A DNA stretch of 64,000 bases from a virus (IMGVR_UViG_3300018839_000001), one strand, 5' to 3'. Shown: positions 36,499 through 46,124, numbered from the stretch's first letter. Program-made: numbers and translations. Notes: generated by a model from the letters alone, not told the origin.

Positions 36499-36531
36499 GT
36501 TTATGCACCTCTTTATAAGATAGAAGTTTTA

Positions 36532-36894
36532 TCAATCTTTTTCTATGGTCATATTGCATAAAACAATATTTTCTGCCATCTTCTCTGCACATTTCTTACA
36601 GATTTTAGGAACTGCTGTATTACCCCACCATTCTTTTTGTCCACAGAATGCACATTCAAATTCTGTCATAGCACAACCACCTGCGCCACTTCTTGAATAC
36701 TGGATGGCTCTTGCAAGTTTTTGAATATCATATTTAGACTGTTGTTTTGTGATTCTATCTTCTAATTCGCACATAAGATGTATTTGCTTTTCACTGTCTA
36801 GTTCTTGCACCTCTTTCCAAGACAACACTCTTCCAAAAATATCTTGTAAAAGTTTATTATAAATGTCCATATTTCCTTTTTTTCTTATGTGCAA
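36532..36894 (-). CDS. Cys-rich (zinc-binding?) hypothetical protein
   Basis: CAMTEFECAFCGQ…CKKCAEKM…C. Confidence 0.4.
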   Translation of the reverse strand: MHIRKKGNMDIYNKLLQDIFGRVLSWKEVQELDSEKQIHLMCELEDRITKQQSKYDIQKLARAIQYSRSGAGGCAMTEFECAFCGQKEWWGNTAVPKICKKCAEKMAENIVLCNMTIEKD

Positions 36895-36954
36895 TGCTAT
36901 TAATATAGAAATTCTTCATTTACTCACCTCTTCATAAAACTCGCATTTTAATTA

Positions 36955-37434
36955 TTATAAAAACCAGTGTCTCTTTCCATTTAGTACGTTATATGGAATT
37001 TCCTCATCCATTTCTACATCATACCCCTCTGCCCAAGGGTTAGAATTTACAGAAGTTTGATTCCAACAAACTCCAATAAAATCTTCGTCAAGCAAAATCT
37101 CTTCTGAAATAATTCTTGCTTGTTCTGGCAAATTACTGTTCGGATAAGTCTTATCATATTCTTTAAATGCTTGTAATAGATTAGGGACATCTTCTTTCTT
37201 TACCACAACATTATCGAAGGTTGCCTTCATTGTGATATTTTCAAAATCTTTAAGAACACCTTTATCAGCCATTTTCCAAAGTTGATTGAACCCTCCAAGC
37301 ATTCCACCTTGAATACCATAGGCATCAGCTAGACTCTGCCATACATGAAAAGCACCTGCGAAAGCATTTCTTACTTCATCTACAAAAACAACTTCACCAT
37401 TTGTCTTAACTCCATAAATTTCTGTATAACTCAT
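36955..37434 (-). CDS. hypothetical protein
   Basis: Track ORF, 159 aa. Confidence 0.45.
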   Translation of the reverse strand: MSYTEIYGVKTNGEVVFVDEVRNAFAGAFHVWQSLADAYGIQGGMLGGFNQLWKMADKGVLKDFENITMKATFDNVVVKKEDVPNLLQAFKEYDKTYPNSNLPEQARIISEEILLDEDFIGVCWNQTSVNSNPWAEGYDVEMDEEIPYNVLNGKRHWFL

Positions 37435-37468
37435 TTTATATTCCTCCTTTATAAAGCAAGCATCTTAT

Positions 37469-37681
37469 CTATTTTAATAAGCCTCTTATCTCCCCTGCAT
37501 CGATACGTTCATCATCCCACATATCAGAAATTAAATCTTCAATGCCATCAACGTTCTCAATCATTTTCTTAACTTCTTCATATGCTTCTTCCACTTCTTC
37601 TCTGTGGTCATCTTCTAATTCACAATCTAAATAATGTTCGAAAACATAATCTATTACATATTTAAATTTATCTCTTTTCAT
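37469..37681 (-). CDS. small highly acidic protein
   Basis: 70 aa, rich in D/E. Confidence 0.35.
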   Translation of the reverse strand: MKRDKFKYVIDYVFEHYLDCELEDDHREEVEEAYEEVKKMIENVDGIEDLISDMWDDERIDAGEIRGLLK

Positions 37682-37736
37682 AATATCACCTCTGTATAAA
37701 ACTGAACTTTATTCATCTATTACTTCATTTTTTGTA

Positions 37737-38045
37737 TCAATCTATCTTCTTTAAATAATCAACCTTAATCACACATTCAAAATCATAGAATGGGATACCA
37801 TTATTCTGTATTACATAGTATGTCTCTTCTGACGGATGCGGATCATATAAATATTCATATACCTCACCGAAGGTTAAATCTGTTCCTTGTAAATCCTCAT
37901 CTATGATTTTGACATGTGTTGCTTCTTTTTTAGCACAAGAAATGAATTTCATAGTATAATCCTTTCCAACCCTATATCCAATCCAATAGCACGCAAATCC
38001 TTGCAGAATGAGCATAATAAGAAGTTCACCAAATCCAAAATACAT
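37737..38045 (-). CDS. small membrane protein
   Basis: N-terminal TM MYFGFGELLIMLILQGFACYWIG. Confidence 0.35.
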   Translation of the reverse strand: MYFGFGELLIMLILQGFACYWIGYRVGKDYTMKFISCAKKEATHVKIIDEDLQGTDLTFGEVYEYLYDPHPSEETYYVIQNNGIPFYDFECVIKVDYLKKID

Positions 38046-38059
38046 TTATAATTCTCCTT

Positions 38060-38395
38060 TTAACTATTTCCAATTAAGCTGAACAATCTATCAATATCTT
38101 CTGGTTTATGCCCATCCCATTTTGGAGCAAATTCTAATTCTTCAACATCAAACAATTCCCAATAGTCTTTGTGATAGTGGTAAGTATAGTGGCCGTGAGC
38201 AGTCTCAATCCCAACAATGAAGTAATCGTCAAACATTGTTCCATCATCATGTTTCCAAGACTTCCATGCTTTATCTTTATATGTATTACAAATGACAGAG
38301 AATAAAATCATTCGATGATAATATAATTCATCAAAAGTATGATATCCATCGCTAATTAAACCTTTTCTTTCTACGTTAAATTCAAATTTCGACAT
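38060..38395 (-). CDS. hypothetical protein
   Basis: Track ORF, 111 aa. Confidence 0.4.
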   Translation of the reverse strand: MSKFEFNVERKGLISDGYHTFDELYYHRMILFSVICNTYKDKAWKSWKHDDGTMFDDYFIVGIETAHGHYTYHYHKDYWELFDVEELEFAPKWDGHKPEDIDRLFSLIGNS

Positions 38396-38406
38396 CTATT
38401 TCTCTC

Positions 38407-38748
38407 CTAACCTTTGAATAGTTGTAATCTCTTCACATATTTTTGCGCCTCTGATTTTTTCATAGGTGGTAAGACAACAACAGTTTTTGATCCTTTTGGT
38501 ATCTCTGTTAATCCATTATCAGTAACCATGAAACTGTATGTTACATTTGACAGGATTTTATGTAAATCTTTTTCTTTTCCTTGAAGTATGATCTTTTTTT
38601 GATCTCTCTCGTACCATTTCTGAAATGTCTCTTGTTCACTCAGCATCACAGCGGAAATGGTTGCGCCATGTGCAACTTGTGCAGACATTTTTCCTTTTGA
38701 CATATTAAGTTCTTTGTTAACAACGTAATATTGAACAAGCTCATCCAT
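38407..38748 (-). CDS. PTH2-family peptidyl-tRNA hydrolase-like protein
   Basis: MSKGKMSAQVAHGA matches the PTH2 signature (GKGKxAAQxxHAA). Confidence 0.55.
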   Translation of the reverse strand: MDELVQYYVVNKELNMSKGKMSAQVAHGATISAVMLSEQETFQKWYERDQKKIILQGKEKDLHKILSNVTYSFMVTDNGLTEIPKGSKTVVVLPPMKKSEAQKYVKRLQLFKG

Positions 38749-38767
38749 ATAATTCTCCTAAACCAAT

Positions 38768-39031
38768 TTAACTTTTATAATATCTCTCTTCAATTTTTGC
38801 ATAGTCATATTCCTTGTCTTTTGGAGCATAATGACTGACTAGATTTAAACACGAACTCAATGTTTCAGGAGGGTGATCGAATTTTTTAGATTCATGTACA
38901 ATGCCTTGCCCTATGTATTGATTTTCCCATCCACCGTTTAAAAATACATTCATATAGGTATTACCGTAATAAGCAATTACATATTTTTTAATCATGTTTA
39001 TCTCCTTATTATCTATTGATGCTTTATCCAA
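38768..39031 (-). CDS. hypothetical protein
   Basis: Track ORF, 87 aa. Confidence 0.35.
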   Translation of the reverse strand: MDKASIDNKEINMIKKYVIAYYGNTYMNVFLNGGWENQYIGQGIVHESKKFDHPPETLSSCLNLVSHYAPKDKEYDYAKIEERYYKS

Positions 39032-39242
39032 ATAACCTATTCTTCATATTCTTCAAAGCCTCTACAACTGTTTCACCATCTGTCGACTCCATATCCATGA
39101 AGCTACGTCCTTTTGGAACGGCATGTACCGTTGGTTTGCGATTTATGTCTATTGTTATTTGTAATGCTACGCAATTTTCTTTAAAGAAATCCAGTAATTC
39201 TTCCATCTTGTCACTCCCTTTGTAAAGCTGTGCCCCATAATA

Positions 39243-39563
39243 TTAATTTCTTTCCAAATACAATTTCATAGAGCTTTCAGTACCCCAAATATAAACACCG
39301 TTATCTGAATACTCTTCACGTTGTGGCGGATTGCCTATAATCTTCGCCTCTTGTTCAAAATCGAAATTCTCTAATTCTTTTAAATTAGTGACAACAAGCT
39401 TTCTAACCTCTCCAAGATAACCAGCAGGACACATTATAATTTGAATTTTTCTCTCATCTTGCGGAATGTTTAAATCGTCACAGCCAATGTTCTCTCCGTA
39501 GTAAAGAGATACAGCATAGTTGCCTTGCTGTTTAAATTTTTCTAAAACATCTTGCAATTTCAT
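39243..39563 (-). CDS. hypothetical protein
   Basis: Track ORF, 106 aa. Confidence 0.4.
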   Translation of the reverse strand: MKLQDVLEKFKQQGNYAVSLYYGENIGCDDLNIPQDERKIQIIMCPAGYLGEVRKLVVTNLKELENFDFEQEAKIIGNPPQREEYSDNGVYIWGTESSMKLYLERN

Positions 39564-39597
39564 CTCAAAACTCCCTATAAAATATATTTTTTATTTA

Positions 39598-39729
39598 ACT
39601 CTAAAAATTCTTGATGATTTAATTAAATAGTAAGCATTGCAACATGGGCACTTCACCTTTAATTCTTGTAAGTCTATGCTCATGAAAAATGTATGACCAT
39701 TTTCGCATTCATATCTCGTCACATTCACG
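39598..39729 (-). CDS. small zinc-ribbon protein (~43 aa)
   Basis: MTRYECENGH…CPCCN. Confidence 0.25.
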
Positions 39730-39757
39730 TTATCATCTCCTAAATAAAAGTAAGATT

Positions 39758-40003
39758 TTATTCTGATTCAATCTCTTTAAAACTAACTCTCGCTACTTGA
39801 CTAAGAGAAATAAACATAAATTCTTCTGCATTGTTTAAGCGAATAATTGCACTAACACCTTCTTTAAAAGCTGAGTCAATAATCTTTGCAATATTTTCAA
39901 ATTCTTCTTCACGAAGTTCTTGCACTGCCTCCTCCTTGATTCCACTATTATATAAAATACTAATTTTTACTTTCATTCTTTTTTTCTCCTTCCTATGTAC
40001 CAA
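39758..40003 (-). CDS. hypothetical protein
   Basis: Track ORF, 81 aa. Confidence 0.35.
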   Translation of the reverse strand: MVHRKEKKRMKVKISILYNSGIKEEAVQELREEEFENIAKIIDSAFKEGVSAIIRLNNAEEFMFISLSQVARVSFKEIESE

Positions 40004-40011
40004 TTTAAATT

Positions 40012-40269
40012 TTAAAATTCTTGCTCTAAAGAATTTTCTAAAAACAATTTTAAATTTATTGTCTCTTCTCTATCTAATTTAATTTTTCCATGAATAGAAT
40101 GTGTTATTGTAATATTGGACAATCTTTTTTGAGGAACTTTATTTTCTCCAGTTATTCCGACTCCGTAAAAAGCACGATTGACCATACAATCTTCGCTGAG
40201 TAACTTGGTGTCTTTAAAATCTTTCATAATATTATTTCTCCTCTCATGATAAAAACAAGATTGATGCAT
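40012..40269 (-). CDS. hypothetical protein
   Basis: Track ORF, 85 aa. Confidence 0.35.
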   Translation of the reverse strand: MHQSCFYHERRNNIMKDFKDTKLLSEDCMVNRAFYGVGITGENKVPQKRLSNITITHSIHGKIKLDREETINLKLFLENSLEQEF

Positions 40270-40280
40270 AACTCTATGAA

Positions 40281-40481
40281 TTACTTGTATTCAAAAATGA
40301 ATCCTTCTTCTTCTTTAGGAATTTTAGAACACTCATTTGTATTTGGTTTAGAATTAACATATATAAATTCTTTATCTTCGCTCAAAATTTCATATTCTTT
40401 ACCCTTTTCAAAGACGATATCACTGCAATTATCAGTAAAGAAAACATCTCTTTTAAAGACAACTAAATCCATTCTTTTCAC
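40281..40481 (-). CDS. hypothetical protein
   Basis: Track ORF, 66 aa. Confidence 0.35.
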   Translation of the reverse strand: MKRMDLVVFKRDVFFTDNCSDIVFEKGKEYEILSEDKEFIYVNSKPNTNECSKIPKEEEGFIFEYK

Positions 40482-40518
40482 CCTTTCTGTTTGATATGCG
40501 ATTGATAAAAATGATATT

Positions 40519-40755
40519 TTATTTATTATCTTTCACAATCCAACCCCAATCACCCCAACTAAAGAGATTAAAGATATTTCCTTTGAATCCCCATTTAACT
40601 ACCACCTTATCCCATCCATCATATCCATCTGAAAATCCATATTTATCTTTGATAGGATTTTTTAATGTGCCGCAACCGCCACAACATTCATCTAGTTTCC
40701 ACCCGCTTATATGTCCACATTTATCGCATTGGTACATTGTTTTCCACTCATTCAT
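40519..40755 (-). CDS. zinc-ribbon protein
   Basis: CDKCGH…CCGGCG. Confidence 0.4.
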   Translation of the reverse strand: MNEWKTMYQCDKCGHISGWKLDECCGGCGTLKNPIKDKYGFSDGYDGWDKVVVKWGFKGNIFNLFSWGDWGWIVKDNK

Positions 40756-40773
40756 ATTATCACCGCTTAATCA

Positions 40774-40959
40774 TCAAAATTCTTCTTCTTCATCTAGTCC
40801 CATCAATTCAATTTCTTCTGCCCAATTTTTAATTTGATTTACAGGAATAGCAATTTGGATTTCTTCAAAGTCTTCATCTTTTACATCCACAACAATTGAT
40901 TTATCTGTAACTACTCTACCTTTACCTTTCAATAAATAGCCTTTTTGCATCTTAATCAT
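40774..40959 (-). CDS. hypothetical protein
   Basis: Track ORF, 61 aa. Confidence 0.35.
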   Translation of the reverse strand: MIKMQKGYLLKGKGRVVTDKSIVVDVKDEDFEEIQIAIPVNQIKNWAEEIELMGLDEEEEF

Positions 40960-41009
40960 TCAAAAACATCTCCCTTGTAAGTTGATTAGTTCTTCTTAAT
41001 TCATACGTA

Positions 41010-41351
41010 TCAAACGTTAGGTGAAACTAAAATTTGCAATCCGCTCTCACCATAGTCCCACATTTTAACGAAAGGATACGTGCCCTCTGGAAGATTAAAA
41101 ACTATCTTTTCATATGGTTTGATTACTTCCATGTCACATACAGTTCCATGAATTTTCGTTGCAGGGTGTATACTTATTTCTCTTTCTGTATCATTAAAAT
41201 ATACAAACTTCATTAAAGCACTCCTTTGCTCTTCTTTCATTTGTTTTTGTTTTTCATAACACACATTAAACAGCCAATCCTCAATCAATCCATACCGATC
41301 TTCAATTAATCCCTTCCATTCAAGAGGTATCTCGACAGTGATCTTCTGCAT
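41010..41351 (-). CDS. hypothetical protein
   Basis: Track ORF, 113 aa. Confidence 0.4.
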   Translation of the reverse strand: MQKITVEIPLEWKGLIEDRYGLIEDWLFNVCYEKQKQMKEEQRSALMKFVYFNDTEREISIHPATKIHGTVCDMEVIKPYEKIVFNLPEGTYPFVKMWDYGESGLQILVSPNV

Positions 41352-41354
41352 ATT

Positions 41355-41555
41355 TCACTCTCCACTAATTCTTTTGTTACTTCTCTTTTCTGCCAACCAC
41401 ATAAGTTGATTTTCCTTCAATCTTTCCTCAACTTTTTCAGGTGGTACTAATGGAAATTCGGTTGTTTCCCAAAGAATAAACTCGCACTCTTTATCGTCTG
41501 CATCAGGGAAATATTTTCTAACCAAATCGAACCAAGTCATTCCTTCATAAAACAT
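41355..41555 (-). CDS. hypothetical protein
   Basis: RBS GAGGGTG + 8 nt, 66 aa. Confidence 0.4.
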   Translation of the reverse strand: MFYEGMTWFDLVRKYFPDADDKECEFILWETTEFPLVPPEKVEERLKENQLMWLAEKRSNKRISGE

Positions 41556-41628
41556 TTGATTTCACCCTCATTCAATTAATCTTTCAGTCATTATAAATTC
41601 TGTCTAAAAGATTCCATTGCCATTTATA

Positions 41629-41712
41629 AAAATGCTTTTCAGGGTAGGATAATTGTTTAAAATTTATATAAACACTTTTTTGTCTAATAGTCATAAGAAT
41701 AAAAAGCATTTT
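41629..41712. promoter_or_regulatory. 11-bp inverted repeat pair (AAAATGCTTTT / AAAAGCATTTT) bracketing a putative promoter
   Basis: Arms at 41629-41639 and 41702-41712, ~62 bp apart, with TGACTA…TATATA between them. Lies in a 200-bp gap between minus-strand genes. Confidence 0.4.
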
Positions 41713-41754
41713 GAAAGGAGATTTAATGGCTTTCAAATTCATTCATTCCTTTAG

Positions 41755-41943
41755 TTAAACTTCAAATTTATATAATTCGTAATCATCATCAACTAATCGG
41801 TAGCATTTAAGGCTGTCCAAACCTGAAAATTTCTCATTTAAAAATTCAACAATTTTCTCCCCGTGGTATTTATTAATGTTTTCACAAACCAACACATCGT
41901 CTACAGTTTCTTTATTAAAATTGTCTACGCAAATTATTTTCAA
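41755..41943 (-). CDS. hypothetical protein
   Basis: Track ORF, 62 aa. Confidence 0.35.
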   Translation of the reverse strand: MKIICVDNFNKETVDDVLVCENINKYHGEKIVEFLNEKFSGLDSLKCYRLVDDDYELYKFEV

Positions 41944-41945
41944 TA

Positions 41946-42149
41946 TTACTCTCCTTCCACTACTTCATCTTTAAATACATCTTTAATTTTCTTTATCGCT
42001 GATTTAATCATTCTTATATCTGTTATAGCTCCATCTTCATATGGTTTTTCCCATTCCTTATTGAATAACGCATCAATTCTTTCCTCTTCTTCTTTTTCTA
42101 AAACTGCTAAAGCAAAGCTAATATCTTTATGTTTCATTACGACCCTCAC
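41946..42149 (-). CDS. hypothetical protein
   Basis: Track ORF, 67 aa. Confidence 0.35.
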   Translation of the reverse strand: MRVVMKHKDISFALAVLEKEEEERIDALFNKEWEKPYEDGAITDIRMIKSAIKKIKDVFKDEVVEGE

Positions 42150-42284
42150 CTAGATTAACCTTTTCTTTTGTAAGTTTATGTATCATATTAGCTATTTCAA
42201 TTAAAAGATAAAGTATGTTGCTTCCCAATAAATATAAGAGATGGACAGAATTTGTTGTTATATTTGTTTTCATTAACTATCTCC

Positions 42285-42467
42285 TTATTGTATTGCCATT
42301 GTTAATAGTATCGGAGTAAAAGCTGAGGCCGCGGAAGTAGAAATTATTGCTCCCCACATCATTGCCGCTCCTCTGTGTTTTTTAGAAAATAATTGACCAA
42401 TAAAAGTTCCTAGAAATGGGGATGCGAGTAGTATTGTTATGTAAATAATAATCATGTCATTTGTCAA
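42285..42467 (-). CDS. small membrane protein
   Basis: Two TM-like segments. Confidence 0.35.
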   Translation of the reverse strand: MTNDMIIIYITILLASPFLGTFIGQLFSKKHRGAAMMWGAIISTSAASAFTPILLTMAIQ

Positions 42468-42658
42468 GAGGTTTCCTCCTCACATATCAATGGTTTTCAA
42501 CCCTCATATTCTCCATGTGTATCAAATCCACACCGCCGACAATATCCAGCTTGTTCAATATCGTAACTCCAGTATCCTGTACTAACTGTATATGTAATCC
42601 AATCATGATCTTTGTATTTGCAAATCAAACGTTTTAAGTATTTCAACATATCTATCAC

Positions 42659-43021
42659 CTATAAAACTTCTGTTAGTATTCTAAAAGATTTAAGCCTATC
42701 GCCTTCTATTTCAACTTCAATTGGCTTTCCAATTAATTCAGAAACATAATTCACTTTTGCATCATCAAGAACTCTCTTTAAGTCTTTCAATGCTCTTTCA
42801 TACCTTTCATATTTTTGGATTTCGCTTTCCCAAAAGCAATTTTCACTAACATTTACAGTATGGTATCCATCATCGCTAACATTGAAACCTCCATTAAACT
42901 CAAATGCTAGTTGGAGACCAAGAAAATAATCTCTTTCTTTAACAGTTCCAAATTCAGCTTGTACGATTTTCCCTAAAAATGTTCCATCCATTGCTTTTCC
43001 TCCTTTATTCATCTTCTTCAC
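42659..43021 (-). CDS. hypothetical protein
   Basis: Track ORF, 120 aa. Confidence 0.4.
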   Translation of the reverse strand: MKKMNKGGKAMDGTFLGKIVQAEFGTVKERDYFLGLQLAFEFNGGFNVSDDGYHTVNVSENCFWESEIQKYERYERALKDLKRVLDDAKVNYVSELIGKPIEVEIEGDRLKSFRILTEVL

Positions 43022-43129
43022 TCAAAGTATTCAAGTAATCGCAGAATTGTTGACACTCATCTTCTGTCTTAAAAAAGGTGCTCCATCTATCTAAGCTCCC
43101 AAAATCCATTCCATTTTCATAAACTGTTT

Positions 43130-43410
43130 CTGAAAATTTTTAGGTGTACTTATAAGTGCGTTCTTATCAACAACGAAACGATCTCCGTCATATCCAGTAA
43201 TGATATAGTGTTTACCTACCTAAACCTCTCGCCAACCGTTTCGCGTTTTGACTGCTGGTTTGTGAACTGATTTAGGCATTACTCCATCTTTATAGAAGTA
43301 GCCGATAAGTTTGTCTGAAAAACACTGGATAACATGCGTAACCATCTTCCATTCCCATCTCAAATAGCTTGGCCTCTACTTCAAGCATTTTGTAATCTTT
43401 CACCATACTA
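43130..43410 (-). pseudogene. frameshifted/stop-interrupted paralog of 44442..44741
   Basis: Translation MVKDYKMLEVEAKLFEMGMEDGYACYPVF… parallels MAKYRKKPIVVEAELFEMGMEDGYACYPLF…, then breaks by frameshift. A later in-frame segment is …AVKTRNGWREV*VGKHYIITGYDGDRF… (with a stop). Confidence 0.55.
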
Positions 43411-43569
43411 CTCCCTCCTATCCGTCCCATTCAGGTTTAATATTCTGTTTCGCACACCATTCTTCATACTTTCTTGTTACTTCATCTGCAAACTTATAAA
43501 GATATGCGTAATCTTCGTGCCACTCTTCTTTGTATGTGTATTGATACCATTCAGTGAATGTCATTATTA

Positions 43570-43746
43570 CTTTCTCATGCTTTTCACTACACTACTGAAT
43601 AGCTTAAATCCAAAAACAAACCACAGAACATAGATCGCTACAGCAATAATTTCTGGTAGCAAGACTAGAAACCAACTCCATCCGATTACACCCATACATT
43701 TCAAAACAATAAATACAATTGTCAATACTTCCAAGAATCCCATTAA
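43570..43746 (-). CDS. small membrane protein (~58 aa)
   Basis: MGFLEVLTIVFIVLKCMGVIGWSWFLVLLPEIIAVAIYVLWFVFGF…. Confidence 0.3.
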
Positions 43747-43799
43747 ATTAACTCCCTTTCCTTATATGGTTATTTATATCACTTGATAAAAACTATCTT

Positions 43800-44150
43800 T
43801 TATTCAATCTCTATATTCAACCCTGTTGCTCCCACTTTAATTTCCTTCATCTCTCCAATTTGTGGTATATATAAATGTTTCTTTCCATTCACCGAAACAA
43901 TTTCACCCTTCCAACAACCGTTTTGCACAAAGAATTTTGTCCCAATTGGTAAAGTGTGAATATCTGCGTTCTCTATATATTCTCCTTCCTCTCTATACAC
44001 CTCTCCTTGTTCAGAAACCCTCCTTTTAGAAACTTTAATATCGATTTTGTATAGTGAATTTTCATCTTCAAGCATTAAATTATGTAACCAATCAGTTACT
44101 TTTGATTGCCCATCAATAACGTTAACTGTATCGAAAATCTTCCTATACAT
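43800..44150 (-). CDS. hypothetical protein
   Basis: Track ORF, 116 aa. Confidence 0.4.
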   Translation of the reverse strand: MYRKIFDTVNVIDGQSKVTDWLHNLMLEDENSLYKIDIKVSKRRVSEQGEVYREEGEYIENADIHTLPIGTKFFVQNGCWKGEIVSVNGKKHLYIPQIGEMKEIKVGATGLNIEIE

Positions 44151-44151
44151 G

Positions 44152-44367
44152 TCATTCCTCTTCTCTTGAAAAATACTTGTCTACCACTTGTTTTTCTAAG
44201 TAAACGACACCATCTATTAATATGCCTCTATGTGCATCTACATCTTTAACAGTAACCGTTCCGCCTTTCCAGAAGTTATTTAGGCAATCTTCTTTAACAG
44301 TTAATGTTTGACCCTTATAATAATCATATTGATTCCTTTTATTCATTGATCTCCTCTCCAGATCCAT
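44152..44367 (-). CDS. hypothetical protein
   Basis: Track ORF, 71 aa. Confidence 0.35.
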   Translation of the reverse strand: MDLERRSMNKRNQYDYYKGQTLTVKEDCLNNFWKGGTVTVKDVDAHRGILIDGVVYLEKQVVDKYFSREEE

Positions 44368-44441
44368 CAGCTTGTCCTCCGCTCTGAATAAAATAACCCC
44401 TTTATTGAGCCTTATAATTTCGACTCTTTTGCTTTTTATGT

Positions 44442-44741
44442 TTACTTATGAATGCCGCTCTCTTCAATTAATTCATATGTTTCTTCAAAAATCTCTTTTT
44501 CAACCGGATATCGCTCACCTTTAACACCTGTAACAATATAGTGCTTTCCAACTTCAACTTCATACCATCCTTCAAGTGTTTTAATTGCTGGTCTCCTATT
44601 TGTTTTAGGAATGTACCCATCTTTTGGGAAGAACCCTAATAATTTATCCGAGAACAATGGGTAGCATGCATATCCATCTTCCATTCCCATTTCGAATAAC
44701 TCCGCTTCAACAACAATAGGTTTTTTACGATATTTAGCCAA
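44442..44741 (-). CDS. hypothetical protein (intact member of a small paralog family)
   Basis: Track ORF, 99 aa. Degenerate paralog at 43130-43410. Confidence 0.45.
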   Translation of the reverse strand: MAKYRKKPIVVEAELFEMGMEDGYACYPLFSDKLLGFFPKDGYIPKTNRRPAIKTLEGWYEVEVGKHYIVTGVKGERYPVEKEIFEETYELIEESGIHK

Positions 44742-44754
44742 TCCTTGCTCCTCC

Positions 44755-45102
44755 TCAAATTGTTTTATATGTCAATAAAATGATAATCTGTAAAATATGT
44801 ATACCCTGATCGATCACCAATCCTGCACCTAACGGATTTAACTTTTTATAAAACCCTACGGGTTTTGCTTTCATATGATCTGCGATAGCATGAACTACAA
44901 ATAGCCATACAATATCTATTGGTGTGACAAGAATATTCATAAACCACAATGCGATACAGATGACACCTGTCCAAATTCCAGCATGTGTTGCTAAGATAAT
45001 TAGATTTTTACCTTTCATATTCGCAAGAAAGTCTCCTTGCAATGGGTAATCAGCCAATAAATGTGCAAATAATAAAATTAAAAACATCATATAAACGCTC
45101 AT
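44755..45102 (-). CDS. membrane protein
   Basis: 3 TM-like helices. Confidence 0.4.
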   Translation of the reverse strand: MSVYMMFLILLFAHLLADYPLQGDFLANMKGKNLIILATHAGIWTGVICIALWFMNILVTPIDIVWLFVVHAIADHMKAKPVGFYKKLNPLGAGLVIDQGIHILQIIILLTYKTI

Positions 45103-45536
45103 AATTCACTCCCTTTACAAAGCAAATCCTGTTACTTTTAGAAAATAAATTAAACATCCTAATCCCAAAAAGAATGGAATAACTTTAAACACTACCGAAC
45201 TACCAAAATCTCTCGTCTTTAAAATTAGACTAAGGAAAATATTGTAAATACCACATGCTAAAACAATCCAAATCATAATTAATCCTCCTTCTTTTCTACT
45301 TGTTTTATAATGTCTTTTAGGTCTACTACGGTCAGCAAGACTGTTCTTCCATCAATCGTTCCTATAACTGCATCGTTATTATCAAGCATTTCAGATGTAA
45401 GCTTTGAATCTAAAAAGCGAATTTTATTTACGTTAATCTTTAACTCCATATACTCATTCCTCTCTTAGCTTTTTGAGTTCTTCTACTTCGTCATATTTTG
45501 TACCGCGCTTAATTTTGAAGCATTGTACTTCCCTCA

Positions 45537-45773
45537 TCAAATCTTCCTCCGATCTGTTTCCCAAGCAATGATAAACCTAGTCTGATCCTTGATAGAGAAT
45601 TTTTTCACTTTAAAGCCATATAGCCCATACTCTTTAGGATGATAACCAACTTCAATGCTAGTATTGAAAACCAAATCATTTTCATCAACCACGCCAGAGG
45701 CTTCTATCAGTGCTTTGTGTTTTAAAAAGTATCCTGAATGACTTTTTTCATACTTTAAAATTTTAATCTCCAT
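45537..45773 (-). CDS. hypothetical protein
   Basis: Track ORF, 78 aa. SPBRE promoter upstream. Confidence 0.4.
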   Translation of the reverse strand: MEIKILKYEKSHSGYFLKHKALIEASGVVDENDLVFNTSIEVGYHPKEYGLYGFKVKKFSIKDQTRFIIAWETDRRKI

Positions 45774-45791
45774 TATGTATATATCCCTTCT

Positions 45792-45816
45792 AACATTATT
45801 AATTAGTTTTGTGGTG
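45792..45816 (-). promoter_or_regulatory. SPBRE-like element
   Basis: AACATTATTAATTAGTTTTGTGGTG. Confidence 0.6.
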
Positions 45817-45818
45817 TT

Positions 45819-46043
45819 TTAAAAAAGATGATTTGCGTAAATTGATCCATCTAGTCTTTCAATAGTTACTTTGTCTTCATTTTGCAAGGTTTGCATAACA
45901 GTTTTTGAGTTTAATCTGTGACCAGTAATTCCGAATTTATGCTTTGTTACTTCGTACAAATTGTTATAAACCTCTGTAAAGTAAAAATTAGCTCTTTCTT
46001 TTGCCTTTTTGTTGCACTTTGATTCATATATATAACGCATCAA
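45819..46043 (-). CDS. hypothetical protein
   Basis: Track ORF, 74 aa. Confidence 0.4.
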   Translation of the reverse strand: MMRYIYESKCNKKAKERANFYFTEVYNNLYEVTKHKFGITGHRLNSKTVMQTLQNEDKVTIERLDGSIYANHLF

Positions 46044-46098
46044 AATCTCTCCTTATTAAGCAAGATCGAACTAACAATTAATTATGTATTATTATTTT

Positions 46099-46124
46099 CT
46101 CATTATTAATTAGTTTTGTCAACT
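46099..46124 (-). promoter_or_regulatory. SPBRE-type promoter (TTGACA-…)
   Basis: CTCATTATTAATTAGTTTTGTCAACT. Confidence 0.6.

Noticed and set aside
44442-44741. Possibility that the 99-aa protein (and its pseudogene paralog) is a known Thoeris anti-defence (Tad2/DUF2829-like) protein
   Set aside because: I cannot recall the family sequence well enough. There is no motif-level support, so it is left as hypothetical.
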